From a virus (taxonomy: Duplodnaviria > Caudoviricetes), in the IMG/VR virus record IMGVR_UViG_3300012166_000007, positions 1 through 31,819 of that record: 31,819 nucleotides of DNA; one strand, written 5' to 3'. Positions 1 to 8,890 of this stretch are shown here, piece by piece; within the stretch, counting starts at the first letter, position 1, and the number at the start of each line of letters is the position of its first letter. The position numbers were made by a program, and so were the translations under genes. Below the pieces are notes generated by a model that searched no databases, was not told where the DNA came from, and saw only the letters and a list, made by a program, of their open reading frames with translations.

Positions 1-28
1 GATGGGGGTTCGATTCCCTCAGGGGCAA
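1..28 (+). tRNA. 3' half of a tRNA (T-arm and acceptor 3' strand), truncated by the window edge; isotype not determinable
   Basis: GGGGG-TTCGATT-CCCTC T-arm followed by the 7-nt acceptor strand AGGGGCA and discriminator A; no encoded CCA. Confidence 0.8.
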
Positions 29-80
29 CCGGTACGCTGTAGCCAGCAAGCAGTACTGTAGTGAAGACTGGCAACCATCC

Positions 81-124
81 GAACGAGCGAAGACACGGCT
101 CCCTAGCCGTGTCTTTTGGCGTTC
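81..124 (+). terminator. Hairpin between tRNA and scaffold gene (terminator or processing site)
   Basis: AAGACACGGCT-CCCT-AGCCGTGTCTT then TT; outer GAACG/CGTTC can extend the stem. Confidence 0.6.
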
Positions 125-143
125 ACATTCTATTAGGAGACAC

Positions 144-632
144 ATGAGCGACACATGGGGTATCGAGGACAACACGAACCTGGCCGGAACTGCTGAGCTA
201 ACCGGGCCCAAGGCACTTCGTGATGCATACGATGCGATGAAGACGCAGAACAAGGAGCTGGCAGACGGTCTGGCCGCCGTCACCAAGCAGCTTCGCGACA
301 ACACCGTATCAGGAACCCTCAGTGAGCTTGGAATTCCCGCCACTGCTGGAGAGCAGTACAAGGGAGAGGCGGACCCGACCAAGGTCCGTGAGTGGGCAAC
401 CACTATGCAGTCCCTCTTCGGAGGTGGCGGAGGAACTCCGGTTCCAGCCCCAACAATTGACCCAGCAGTACCGCCTGTCGCCCTTGAGGGCGACGCGGCA
501 GCGCAGTACCAGCGCCTCAATGAGGCAGGTCAGTTCGGAACTCCGGCTGGCACGATGGAAGCTGCAACGGCTGGCGTCAATGACGCTAACGATCTCAACA
601 GTCTACTGGCCGCATGGTCGAACATCAAGTAG
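144..632 (+). CDS. Capsid scaffolding protein
   Basis: AGGAG RBS; coiled-coil N-terminus and Pro/Ala-rich linker; lies directly upstream of the major capsid gene. Confidence 0.75.
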   Translation: MSDTWGIEDNTNLAGTAELTGPKALRDAYDAMKTQNKELADGLAAVTKQLRDNTVSGTLSELGIPATAGEQYKGEADPTKVREWATTMQSLFGGGGGTPVPAPTIDPAVPPVALEGDAAAQYQRLNEAGQFGTPAGTMEAATAGVNDANDLNSLLAAWSNIK

Positions 633-665
633 TCTGTAGCTCCAGATAGGAAGTGAGCCCCGCGA

Positions 666-776
666 GTGAAACGCTGCACAAAGTGCGGCATCGAGAAGTC
701 CGTGGAAGACTTCCATCTTGACGATGACCCGCACGTCGTGACTAGGGCAGCCCTATACCTCAACGGCATCAAATAG
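666..776 (+). pseudogene. 36-codon internally deleted endonuclease VII/HNH remnant (MKRCTKCGIEKSVEDFHLDDDPHVVTRAALYLNGIK)
   Basis: RBS AGGAAGTGAG at 648-657 then GTG; KRCxxCGxxKxxxxF N-terminal Zn motif joined directly to the DDPxxxxxAxxYL C-terminus typical of phage endo VII proteins; catalytic DH core missing. Confidence 0.7.
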
Positions 777-1732
777 CAAACGCCTTCACTGGTACTGCGG
801 CGATGAGCAATCTCGTCCAGACCACGTATGACCGTGCCCTGGAGTTCGCGCTCCGCGCACAGCCCATGTTCCGCCAGGTCGCCGACAAGCGACCTGTGCA
901 GCAGGCAATGCCTGGCAGCTCGGTAGTCTTCGAGCTGTACCAGGACCTTGCTCAGGCGACGACTCCGCTCAACGAGCTGGTCGACCCTGACGCTGTTGCG
1001 GCGGGACAGCCCACCACTGTCAGCGTGACGCTGAACGAGTATGGTAACTCCATCCTGATCTCCAACAAGCTGGACCTGTTCAGCTTCACGGACGTGACCG
1101 CAGGTCTCGTAAACCAGGTAGCGTGGAACCTTGTCGACTCCGTCGACACTCTCGTTCGCAACGTCCTTGACGGTGGAACGAACTACATTCGTGACAATGG
1201 CGCATCTGGCCCCGTTTACAACGGCGCTCAGACCACTGTTGGAACCACTGCGGCTGACATCTTCGCATCCAGCTGGGTTCGCCTTGCTGTAGCGAAGCTG
1301 CGCACCAACAAGGTTCACCCGAACAAGGGAAGCTTCTACACTGCATACATTCACCCAGAGGTTTCGCACGACCTTCGTGCGGAGACTGGTGGAGCAGCGT
1401 GGCGTGACCCGCACAACTACTCTGCGGCCGGTAACATCTGGGCTGGAGAGATCGGAGAGTACGAGGGAGCTGTCTTCATTGAGACTCCTCGCTCCACTGT
1501 CCAGGTCAATGCCGGTGCTGGTGGCACCGTCGATGTCTACAACACTTACTTCACCGGACAGCAGGCTCTTGCCGAGGCTGTGGCGGAGGAGTTCCACACC
1601 GTTCGCGGTCCGGTTGTAGATAAGCTGACCCGCTTCCAGCCTCTGGGCTGGTACGGCGTGGCTGGCTGGAGTCTTTACCGTCAGGAAGCCCTGATCCGAG
1701 CCGAGTCTTCTAGCTCGATCGGCGCCAACTAA
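773..1732 (+). CDS. Major capsid protein (N4-gp56-like HK97 fold); start either ATA 773 or ATG 803
   Basis: 309-319 aa; TLNEYGN, YIHPEVSHDL, GEIGEYEG and PLGWYG motifs; follows the scaffold and precedes a strong terminator; the frame upstream of ATG803 reads ATA-A-N-A-F-T-G-T-A-A. Confidence 0.9.
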   Translation: MANAFTGTAAMSNLVQTTYDRALEFALRAQPMFRQVADKRPVQQAMPGSSVVFELYQDLAQATTPLNELVDPDAVAAGQPTTVSVTLNEYGNSILISNKLDLFSFTDVTAGLVNQVAWNLVDSVDTLVRNVLDGGTNYIRDNGASGPVYNGAQTTVGTTAADIFASSWVRLAVAKLRTNKVHPNKGSFYTAYIHPEVSHDLRAETGGAAWRDPHNYSAAGNIWAGEIGEYEGAVFIETPRSTVQVNAGAGGTVDVYNTYFTGQQALAEAVAEEFHTVRGPVVDKLTRFQPLGWYGVAGWSLYRQEALIRAESSSSIGAN

Positions 1733-1737
1733 CGGAT

Positions 1738-1767
1738 GGGGCCCGCCTTTGGGCGGGCCCCTTTCTT
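1738..1767 (+). terminator. Intrinsic terminator after the capsid gene
   Basis: GGGGCCCGCC-TTTG-GGCGGGCCCC then TTTCTT. Confidence 0.85.
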
Positions 1768-1785
1768 CGTATCAATGGAGGACTA

Positions 1786-2112
1786 ATGTCCGGTGCTGAT
1801 AACACCAGCAACACTGTACGTTCCAGTACTGCAACCACGAACGTACTGACCAACAACGACTATGTACTGCTTCTTACTCCAGGTGCGGCAACTGCGGTCA
1901 CTCTTCCGAGTGGCCTGCTTGTACAGCCTGGACGCCAGTACACTGTCTACAAGACTGCTGCGGCGTTCACCGTTACGATCACCCCGGCAGCCGGGCTCAT
2001 TGACGGAGCAGCTAACACTACTCTGATCACTGGTCAGGTTCATGCGAAGACTTTCGTCTCCGATGGAACCAACTGGTTTACTGTGCACGAGTTCGACGCA
2101 CTAGCGGCGTAA
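1786..2112 (+). CDS. Small beta-rich virion protein (decoration or fibre-like)
   Basis: GGAGG RBS; Thr/Ala-rich with VTLP...SDGTNW motif seen in phage structural proteins. Confidence 0.65.
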   Translation: MSGADNTSNTVRSSTATTNVLTNNDYVLLLTPGAATAVTLPSGLLVQPGRQYTVYKTAAAFTVTITPAAGLIDGAANTTLITGQVHAKTFVSDGTNWFTVHEFDALAA

Positions 2113-2134
2113 CTAGCTGAAGGGAGCTTTCTCG

Positions 2135-2518
2135 ATGGCTTGGGTGTATACACTGAACACTGTGGAGGAAGCTCCCTTTGCCTGGAATGCGCTCCACGAA
2201 AGGTTTCGCATTCCCAGGGGCATCTCTGTGAAGGAGATTGCCCCATGTGAGTATGTTGAAGTTCGCTACGATGCTTACACGAATGAGCAGGGAGCAGCGA
2301 ATCTTCCCACTCCAGCCGGAGGCTGGGGAGACCCCGACTTCTGGAGTCAGCCCTCTGCGGGGCTGAACTACTTCCGTGGAGGATACGAGCACATGGTATC
2401 CGATGCGGTCAAGGCATGCCTGATCTCTTCCGGCGTGGCTGATGAATCAAACTTTACGCCATCGCCTGGAACATTTGGCTATAACGGGTTCGGCATCGGA
2501 CCTTTCGGAGGATCCTGA
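2135..2518 (+). CDS. Virion structural protein, function unknown
   Basis: RBS AAGGGAG; TGATG overlap with the next gene. Confidence 0.7.
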   Translation: MAWVYTLNTVEEAPFAWNALHERFRIPRGISVKEIAPCEYVEVRYDAYTNEQGAANLPTPAGGWGDPDFWSQPSAGLNYFRGGYEHMVSDAVKACLISSGVADESNFTPSPGTFGYNGFGIGPFGGS

Positions 2519-3708
2519 TGACATTCGCACCTATTGAGCGTGGAAGTGCCGACTGGGACATCCCGGTCAATGCAGCGTTCGCTGACCAGGATACTCGCAT
2601 CACCGACAACACGAACTCGATCAATGATCAGGCCGTAGATATCGCAGCCAAGGTGAGCAAGTCCGGCGATACGATGACCGGAACTCTGACAAACGACAAT
2701 GCCAGCGCCAACGGCACTGCCTATCTGTCCCGTCAGACTGCCGACGTAGTCGACAGGTTCCGCATTCAGAACAGCGGACGCCAGGAGTGGGGCGATGGAG
2801 CGGTAACCAGGGATGTATCCCTGGCAAGGGCTTCAGCTGGTCAGCTGAGGATTACTCCCACGGTGAATGCTTCGTCTTCTACCTCCGCTGGTGGAGCGCT
2901 GAACGTCACCAACACCGCCTCCACTGGAGCTGGAGCTGTGGTTTATACGGAGCAGGCGGCTCCGGCTGGACACAACTTCGTGTCCCGCGTGAACAGCGCC
3001 ACGTTCAACCAGAGCGGCATCTTCGCCCAGTACAACGGCACTGGGCACAACGTAAACGTCAGCCACGCGGGTACGGGATCAGCTTCTTCTGCCCTGAACA
3101 TCGGCTCCACAAACCCCGACCATTCGGCCGTGGGGATCGGAGGAGTAGAGACCGCCAAGGGCACTGTCAAGATTACTCACACTGGCACGGGAACAGACGC
3201 CAGTGCTGCGGCTGTATCTGTCGACCTGGCTGGTACTGGAACTGCTGCGCAGGGAATCTTCATCACGGGGACCGGTGGCGGAACCACCGGCAACCTGATC
3301 GAGGGACGTAACGGTGGCACTGGCGCCGTGTTCAACGTCAACGCTACTGGTGCGATTGGCCTTGGTTCCGGCACTGGAGTGCCGGACTGCACGATCTCCA
3401 GGAGCGCGGCCAACACCATCAGCGCCAACACCGCCGACCTGAGGGTCGGAACGGTGGGCCGAGGTCTGCGTGTAGCTGAAGGATCCAACGCCAAGCAGGG
3501 AGTCGCCACTCTAGTGGCTGGCACTGTGACTGTAGCCAACACTTCGGTTACCGCCAGCAGCAGGATCTTCCTTACATCTCAGGCGGATGGCGGCACTCCA
3601 GGATTCCTGCGCATCAGCGCAAGGACTGCCGCAACCAACTTCACCATCACGTCCAGTAATGCGGCAGACACTTCGGTCGTCGCATATCAGATCTTCGAGC
3701 CAGCGTAG
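2518..3708 (+). CDS. Tail fibre/spike with phage hyaluronate-lyase-like (HylP) beta-helix region
   Basis: SSS..GGALNV, SSALNI, GVE..KGTVKITH, DASAAAVSVDL, GTAAQGIFI and GTTGNLI parallel the streptococcal phage HylP sequence as recalled. Confidence 0.75.
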   Translation: MTFAPIERGSADWDIPVNAAFADQDTRITDNTNSINDQAVDIAAKVSKSGDTMTGTLTNDNASANGTAYLSRQTADVVDRFRIQNSGRQEWGDGAVTRDVSLARASAGQLRITPTVNASSSTSAGGALNVTNTASTGAGAVVYTEQAAPAGHNFVSRVNSATFNQSGIFAQYNGTGHNVNVSHAGTGSASSALNIGSTNPDHSAVGIGGVETAKGTVKITHTGTGTDASAAAVSVDLAGTGTAAQGIFITGTGGGTTGNLIEGRNGGTGAVFNVNATGAIGLGSGTGVPDCTISRSAANTISANTADLRVGTVGRGLRVAEGSNAKQGVATLVAGTVTVANTSVTASSRIFLTSQADGGTPGFLRISARTAATNFTITSSNAADTSVVAYQIFEPA

Positions 3709-3720
3709 TCAGGAGGAACA

Positions 3721-4908
3721 GTGACCACAATCAACTACAAGGATGGCAGCATCCTCCTTCCGTCCTATTCCGATCCCTCCAAGGATGCGCTGTACGCTGG
3801 AACCGCGCCCGTCATTACGAACACTCAGTCGGCTACGTCCACAATCGCTTCAGCGCAGAAGTGGACACCAGCGCCTGTAGTGCTGGCTGGTGCTGACAAG
3901 TACTTTCCGTTCACGTACCTTGGTGCTGGTGACTTCGTTAACGGAACTGGCACTCCGGATTCAAGCTATGTTCTGCCGCTGAGCAGGTATCCCAACACTT
4001 ATGCATCCGGTCAGTCCGGATTCGGTGTAGAGTTTATGTACTCCGGCCAGATCTTCGAGGTCAAGTACAAGTACATCGGGACGTCTACGTTCTACCGCAT
4101 GTATGTGAATGACCGCAAGGTCACTGACCTTATGCAGTCACCTCCCGGCCCGCCGAGTGCAGGAACCAGCAATGTGCTCAAGGTCGATCTGGGTTCTGTT
4201 GATGTATGGAAGATCCGGTTTGAATTCAGCACGATGCCGTTTGGCGGCATCTTTACTGGCCCCAACGATTCCATGTATCCAACGCTGAAGTCTTCCAGGG
4301 TTGCGGTTCTGGGCGATTCTCTTACCGATGGTTCTGCGCAGAACACTGGGGCCAGCATGGGAACCTGGTTTAAGAGGTTCGGCAGGCTGATGGGGCTGAA
4401 CGATACGTGGGGTGAGGCTCGCGGCGGAACTGGCTATGTAACTCCAGGAAGCTTCGCAACGTTCCCGGCTCGGGTCAACCGTGATATCGTGACCTACAAC
4501 CCAGACATGGTCATCGTCTGGGGAGGATACAACGATGTGGGATCTGACGTATCCAGTATCAGCGCTGCGCAGCTTGTCACACTGAAGGCCATTACCAGCC
4601 AGCTTCCGCTGGCTGATGTGATTGTCATCGGAGTGTGGAGTCCTGCGGCTTCGCCAGGCGCATCCAGGATCGCCGTCAATGATGTACTCAGGGCCAATGC
4701 CCTGGCCCTTGATCTTCCGTTCATTGATCCCCTGGACGGAAACGTCTACGACCGCTACAGCCGTGTCGTGCATACTGCCGGTCCATGGATCACTACCAAC
4801 AATGTGTCACTGTTCGTCGGCGGAGACGCCATTCATCCGACAGACGCCGGACATAAGGCTATCGCTACTGTCATCGCCGACTCTATTGCGGCGCTGAACA
4901 ACTCTTAG
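3721..4908 (+). CDS. SGNH/GDSL esterase, probably virion-associated
   Basis: Blocks GDSLT, GGTGY, GGYND and DAIHP; GGAGG RBS with GTG start. Confidence 0.85.
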   Translation: MTTINYKDGSILLPSYSDPSKDALYAGTAPVITNTQSATSTIASAQKWTPAPVVLAGADKYFPFTYLGAGDFVNGTGTPDSSYVLPLSRYPNTYASGQSGFGVEFMYSGQIFEVKYKYIGTSTFYRMYVNDRKVTDLMQSPPGPPSAGTSNVLKVDLGSVDVWKIRFEFSTMPFGGIFTGPNDSMYPTLKSSRVAVLGDSLTDGSAQNTGASMGTWFKRFGRLMGLNDTWGEARGGTGYVTPGSFATFPARVNRDIVTYNPDMVIVWGGYNDVGSDVSSISAAQLVTLKAITSQLPLADVIVIGVWSPAASPGASRIAVNDVLRANALALDLPFIDPLDGNVYDRYSRVVHTAGPWITTNNVSLFVGGDAIHPTDAGHKAIATVIADSIAALNNS

Positions 4909-4912
4909 GAGA

Positions 4913-5161
4913 ATGATGAGTCACACTTACGATCCAGCCAAGCAGCCATGCGATCCGGTGTTCTATCCATGCATGGACTGCGATATGTGCATCGCAGGAC
5001 CTGGTGGTAACACCACCCTGATCGAGAACAACGAGAAGGGAATCCTGGAGACTGGACTGCAAAAGGTCATCGCACGTCACCAGGAGGCGGAGCTTGGCTC
5101 TGCTCACGATGCACAGCGTCAGGGAATTTACGCAACCAACTCTGTAGGCGACAATGACTGA
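4913..5161 (+). CDS. Hypothetical protein with Cys-rich N-terminus
   Basis: AGGAG RBS; PCMDCDMC; overlaps the next start. Confidence 0.6.
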   Translation: MMSHTYDPAKQPCDPVFYPCMDCDMCIAGPGGNTTLIENNEKGILETGLQKVIARHQEAELGSAHDAQRQGIYATNSVGDND

Positions 5162-5366
5162 AGACCTTGAGAACAGGTTCCGCTTCCATGCGGCAACCAC
5201 CGAAGAGAAGCGCAACGAGCACACCAGTGCGCGGGAGAACTGCCGTAACCTCGCAGAGTTCCTGGACCAGAAGCTTCCCAGCGGACGCGAGAAGGCTCTC
5301 GCTATCACCAAGCTGGAAGAGGTCATGTTCTGGGCCAACGCCGCGATTGCGAGGAACAATGTCTGA
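5154..5366 (+). CDS. Acb2/Tad1-like helical hairpin protein (candidate signalling-nucleotide sponge)
   Basis: GREKALAITKLEEVMFWANAAIAR resembles the Tad1-type SRENACALTHVEEALMW helix. Confidence 0.65.
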   Translation: MTEDLENRFRFHAATTEEKRNEHTSARENCRNLAEFLDQKLPSGREKALAITKLEEVMFWANAAIARNNV

Positions 5367-5424
5367 TCCACAGTGCCCCAAGTGTGGCGGGAATCTTGAG
5401 TCCTGCACCTGTAAGGGTGGATGA
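5359..5424 (+). CDS. 21-aa Cys-rich micro-protein (MSDPQCPKCGGNLESCTCKGG)
   Basis: GAGGAA RBS; overlaps the previous stop and the next start (ATGA); CxxC...CxC. Confidence 0.5.
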   Translation: MSDPQCPKCGGNLESCTCKGG

Positions 5425-5693
5425 TGGCTGGCAAGCTGAAGAAGGGCGCAAGGTGCTCAAGCACCTGCGCCACCAAGGATCATCGCACATTCGGTGAGTG
5501 CATGCGAGGCAAGAACCTTCAGCTGAATCCGAACCTCAGCAACACCGGAGCAAGTAAGGCGTGGGATGCCGAGCTGAGCGCCTACCGAGACGCCAGGGCG
5601 CAGGGAATCCAGCCCGCCGGTACGACCGCAGCCAAGGTTCGAGAGGCTGTCGAGATCAGCAACGCCACAGGGGTGGCATATCAGGGAGCCTAA
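5421..5693 (+). CDS. Hypothetical protein with Cys/His motif
   Basis: CSSTCATKDHRTFGEC; translationally coupled on both sides. Confidence 0.7.
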   Translation: MMAGKLKKGARCSSTCATKDHRTFGECMRGKNLQLNPNLSNTGASKAWDAELSAYRDARAQGIQPAGTTAAKVREAVEISNATGVAYQGA

Positions 5694-6274
5694 TGACCGG
5701 ACAGTATGTAGGAATCAGCGATGATGGCGGACGCAAGCTGTCCGTCAGGTCGGATGGAGCCATTGCAGCAGTTACGGCTGGCGTACCAGAGGGATCCAAG
5801 TTCTACATCGCCACGCTGGTCGATGCACCTGGCGTTGTGGCTGCGAACAACTTCCTCTCCATCTTCAATCCAGTCGGAAGCGGGAAGAGCGTCGTCTTCT
5901 TCTTCGTTCAGACCGTACCGTGGGCCAATGGGGCAACGACTACCGCGTCTTCCATGAATGTGTTCCGCACTACTGCCGCTTCTGGCGGCAGCCTTGTGGG
6001 CGCCTCCACCATCGGTAGGTTTATCACCGCAGACGGGAGCCCCGTAGCGGAAGTCAGGACCGGGAATCCAACGGTTACGACGTCCAGCGCGTCGCTTCTG
6101 GGCACTCCGCCGATAATGAGTTCCGCCCCCGCTGGAGCCAGCGCAGGTTCGGTGTCAGCCACAACGCCTGGCGCATCGTTCTTCTGCGTTCCGGGAGAGG
6201 GCGTAGTGTGGCGCACCACTGCTGGAGATGTAGACCAGCTATGGAATTTCCAGGTCATCTGGTGTGAATTCTAA
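5693..6274 (+). CDS. Virion structural protein (putative)
   Basis: TAATG overlap and GGGAG RBS; Ser/Thr/Gly/Ala-rich beta protein. Confidence 0.65.
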   Translation: MTGQYVGISDDGGRKLSVRSDGAIAAVTAGVPEGSKFYIATLVDAPGVVAANNFLSIFNPVGSGKSVVFFFVQTVPWANGATTTASSMNVFRTTAASGGSLVGASTIGRFITADGSPVAEVRTGNPTVTTSSASLLGTPPIMSSAPAGASAGSVSATTPGASFFCVPGEGVVWRTTAGDVDQLWNFQVIWCEF

Positions 6275-6283
6275 GGAGAAGTA

Positions 6284-6646
6284 ATGCTTGGTGGTTTCGG
6301 TATTGTTAACACTGCGGACATTCGCGGCAACACACGCACCACAACTGGCACGCTCATCACGATACCGCAGGGCAAGTTCTTCACTGGGAATGTCCTGCTA
6401 TCCGCGCAGCTTACGGCTGCCGGAACCTCGCAGCCAAGGGTGTCAGTAGGAGGCACCACATCGGTTCCGGCCACTGGATCCGTCCTTGCTCAGATCAATG
6501 TGGGCGGGCTTCTCGCCGTCGCGGTATCCGACTCTGCGGAGACGGAGGTTCTGGTATATGCGGGCAGCAGTGACGTGACTCTTGAGTTCACCGCTGGCGC
6601 TTCTGGAACAAGTTCTGCAAGTGTGAACGGTTTCATTTTCGGATAA
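6284..6646 (+). CDS. Small virion protein (putative)
   Basis: AAGGAG RBS; beta-rich. Confidence 0.65.
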   Translation: MLGGFGIVNTADIRGNTRTTTGTLITIPQGKFFTGNVLLSAQLTAAGTSQPRVSVGGTTSVPATGSVLAQINVGGLLAVAVSDSAETEVLVYAGSSDVTLEFTAGASGTSSASVNGFIFG

Positions 6647-6655
6647 GGAGACACA

Positions 6656-7585
6656 ATGGCAGCCACGTTTGCCAACATCGTAGACCGAGTGAAGCAGCAG
6701 CTGCTCGGCTACACCAAGGACCAGGCTGCCGTCTCTGAACTGGCAGCATCAATGGATGCGGATGACACCACATTCCTGGTAGATGCCGAGACTGCCTCCA
6801 CAATCTCTCGCGGCATGGCTGAGATTGATGATGAACTCATCCTGGTCAAGACTGTAGACCGTTCCACTGGAACGGTGACAGTGATGGGGCTCACGAATGG
6901 CCGTGGCATTGACGGCACCGTGGCAGCCAGCCATTCGGTGAATGCTCTGGTGACCAACGACCCTCGCTTCCCGAGGGCTCGCATCAAGGAAGCAATCAAC
7001 GACACCATCAACGGTCTGTATCCAGACCTGTGGGTGTTCGCCCAGCACGAGTTCCCGTACATCGCAGCACGCTACGAGTATCCAGTTCCAGCAGACGCGG
7101 ATGATGTATACAAGGTTGTCATCAATACCATCGGCCCTTCTGGCGTATGGTTCCCAGCCCAGAGTTGGCGCTTCAATCCGATGGCTTCGACCACATCCGG
7201 CCAGGTGAAGCCCACTCCCACTCCAACGGGCAAGACTCTTCAGATCTATGATCGCATCGTTCCTGGAAGGAACGTGCGTGTCAGTTACACCAAGCCACCG
7301 GCTACGCTGGCCAATAACTCTGACGACTTCGCTACCGTTACCGGATTCCCTGAGCGCTACATCGACATGATTGCTTATGGTGCGGTGTGGCGTCTGCTGC
7401 CAGCCTATGAGGCTGGCCGCCTTCAGCAGGCAAGCATCGAATCCACCGAGCGTGCACCGCTTGTGCCCGCTGGTGCAGCATCCGAGGCGTCTCAGTACTT
7501 CCTTGCGCTGTACACGAAGAGGCTGACCGAGGAGCGTACGCGACTACAGAGGCTGTACGAGTCCTACCAGACCTTCAATGGGTAA
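6656..7585 (+). CDS. Head-tail adaptor / tail tubular protein (putative)
   Basis: AAGGAG RBS; IKEAINDTI...LYP..W and C-terminal helical pattern typical of podovirus adaptors; synteny. Confidence 0.6.
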   Translation: MAATFANIVDRVKQQLLGYTKDQAAVSELAASMDADDTTFLVDAETASTISRGMAEIDDELILVKTVDRSTGTVTVMGLTNGRGIDGTVAASHSVNALVTNDPRFPRARIKEAINDTINGLYPDLWVFAQHEFPYIAARYEYPVPADADDVYKVVINTIGPSGVWFPAQSWRFNPMASTTSGQVKPTPTPTGKTLQIYDRIVPGRNVRVSYTKPPATLANNSDDFATVTGFPERYIDMIAYGAVWRLLPAYEAGRLQQASIESTERAPLVPAGAASEASQYFLALYTKRLTEERTRLQRLYESYQTFNG

Positions 7586-7593
7586 GGAGAACC

Positions 7594-8880
7594 ATGGTCA
7601 CCCGTTACTACAGCAGCGTAGCCGCAGAGACTACGCTGACCGGAGGAATCAACAACTCCGCAACCGTCATTGTGGTGGCAAGCACCACAGGATTCCCCGC
7701 ACTCACTCCGTACACTCTTGCGCTTGACTACGAGTCCGCGACTGAAGAGCTGGTCGAGGTTACCGGCGTGGGCGGACTGTCGCTTACCGTGACTCGCGGC
7801 ATTGACGGAACGTCCGCCACTTCCCACAACGCCGGAGCGAGGGTCAGGCACGTCAGTTCTGCCCGGGACTTCGCCGACTCAAGGGAGCACGAGAACGACG
7901 ACACTGGAGTCCATGGCGTAACCGGCGATCTCGTCGGAACCACCGACACGCAGACGCTGACGAACAAGACACTGACGGACGCCACCGGAACTCTGAACAG
8001 GGTTGACATCCTGTCCGAGGGTGGAACCGCATGGACTACCACAGTCAATGGAGACATCGACTTCACCTCCGCCAACCTTATGCAGTGGAGGCGTGGGCCT
8101 TCAGAGGCCCACGAGGTGGTGGCAGTCAACAACAACGGAAACGTGCTCATCAGGAACCAGAATGCTGCCGCCGACTCCGTCAACGGAACGTACCGCATCA
8201 GGGTGGTTCGTGACGACGGAACTACCGACATCTTCTCCGTCCTTCAGGGCGGAAACGTGGTGGCGTGGACCGACGCTGGAGTGACAGGCTTCCAGGTCAA
8301 GCCGCGTACGGCTACAGACGCGGCTGCATTCAACGTAAGGAACGTGGGAGACACTGTCAGCAGGTTCACCGTCTTCAACGATGGACGAATGCTGATCAAT
8401 AACGGAACCGCTGCATCAATTCCCATTACCGTCATTGGCGCAGTTGGCCAGAGCGCCAACCTTACCGAGTGGCGAGACGATGGCGGGAGCATGCTCGCTC
8501 TTGTCGACGAGCTGGGTCATGCCACATTCCCGTACAACTCCGAGACCACTGGAGTAACTCCTGCGGCCGGATGGACCGTGACCACTCAGACGTACCGCGA
8601 GGTGTCTGGCGTCAGGTATGTCAGCATTTCCCTGACCAGGAGCGGTGCGGATATTGTTGTTCCAGCGTCTGGAAACGTGTCTCCTGATATCCAGATGGCT
8701 ACGGTTCCAGCAAACTGGACACCAACCGAGTCGCTGTATGCTCACGCGAGCACCGGCCTGAACAATGGTACAGCAAGGATCAACACTGACAGCACTGTCG
8801 ATCTGACGGACTGGACCTCCAGTCAGACTATCCAAACGGGAGCAATCCTGAGGTTCAGTGGCACATTCATCAAGACGTAA
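7594..8880 (+). CDS. Minor tail / tail fibre protein
   Basis: AAGGAG RBS; LTVTRGIDGT..SHNAGA and GTTDTQTLTNKTL motifs of actinophage tail proteins. Confidence 0.75.
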   Translation: MVTRYYSSVAAETTLTGGINNSATVIVVASTTGFPALTPYTLALDYESATEELVEVTGVGGLSLTVTRGIDGTSATSHNAGARVRHVSSARDFADSREHENDDTGVHGVTGDLVGTTDTQTLTNKTLTDATGTLNRVDILSEGGTAWTTTVNGDIDFTSANLMQWRRGPSEAHEVVAVNNNGNVLIRNQNAAADSVNGTYRIRVVRDDGTTDIFSVLQGGNVVAWTDAGVTGFQVKPRTATDAAAFNVRNVGDTVSRFTVFNDGRMLINNGTAASIPITVIGAVGQSANLTEWRDDGGSMLALVDELGHATFPYNSETTGVTPAAGWTVTTQTYREVSGVRYVSISLTRSGADIVVPASGNVSPDIQMATVPANWTPTESLYAHASTGLNNGTARINTDSTVDLTDWTSSQTIQTGAILRFSGTFIKT

Positions 8881-8890
8881 GGCGGCTTAA

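Noticed and set aside
31-72. Possible tRNA-associated HDV-like (theta) ribozyme: GGTAC/GTACT and GCCAG/CTGGC can form a pseudoknot
   Set aside because: Only ~6 nt lie between P2 and P1', leaving no room for P3/L3/P1.1, and no catalytic J4/2 motif is present
530-1597. 355-aa minus-strand ORF, and similar long antisense or alternate-frame ORFs throughout
   Set aside because: Shadow of the capsid gene caused by GC3 codon bias; no RBS or recognisable motifs
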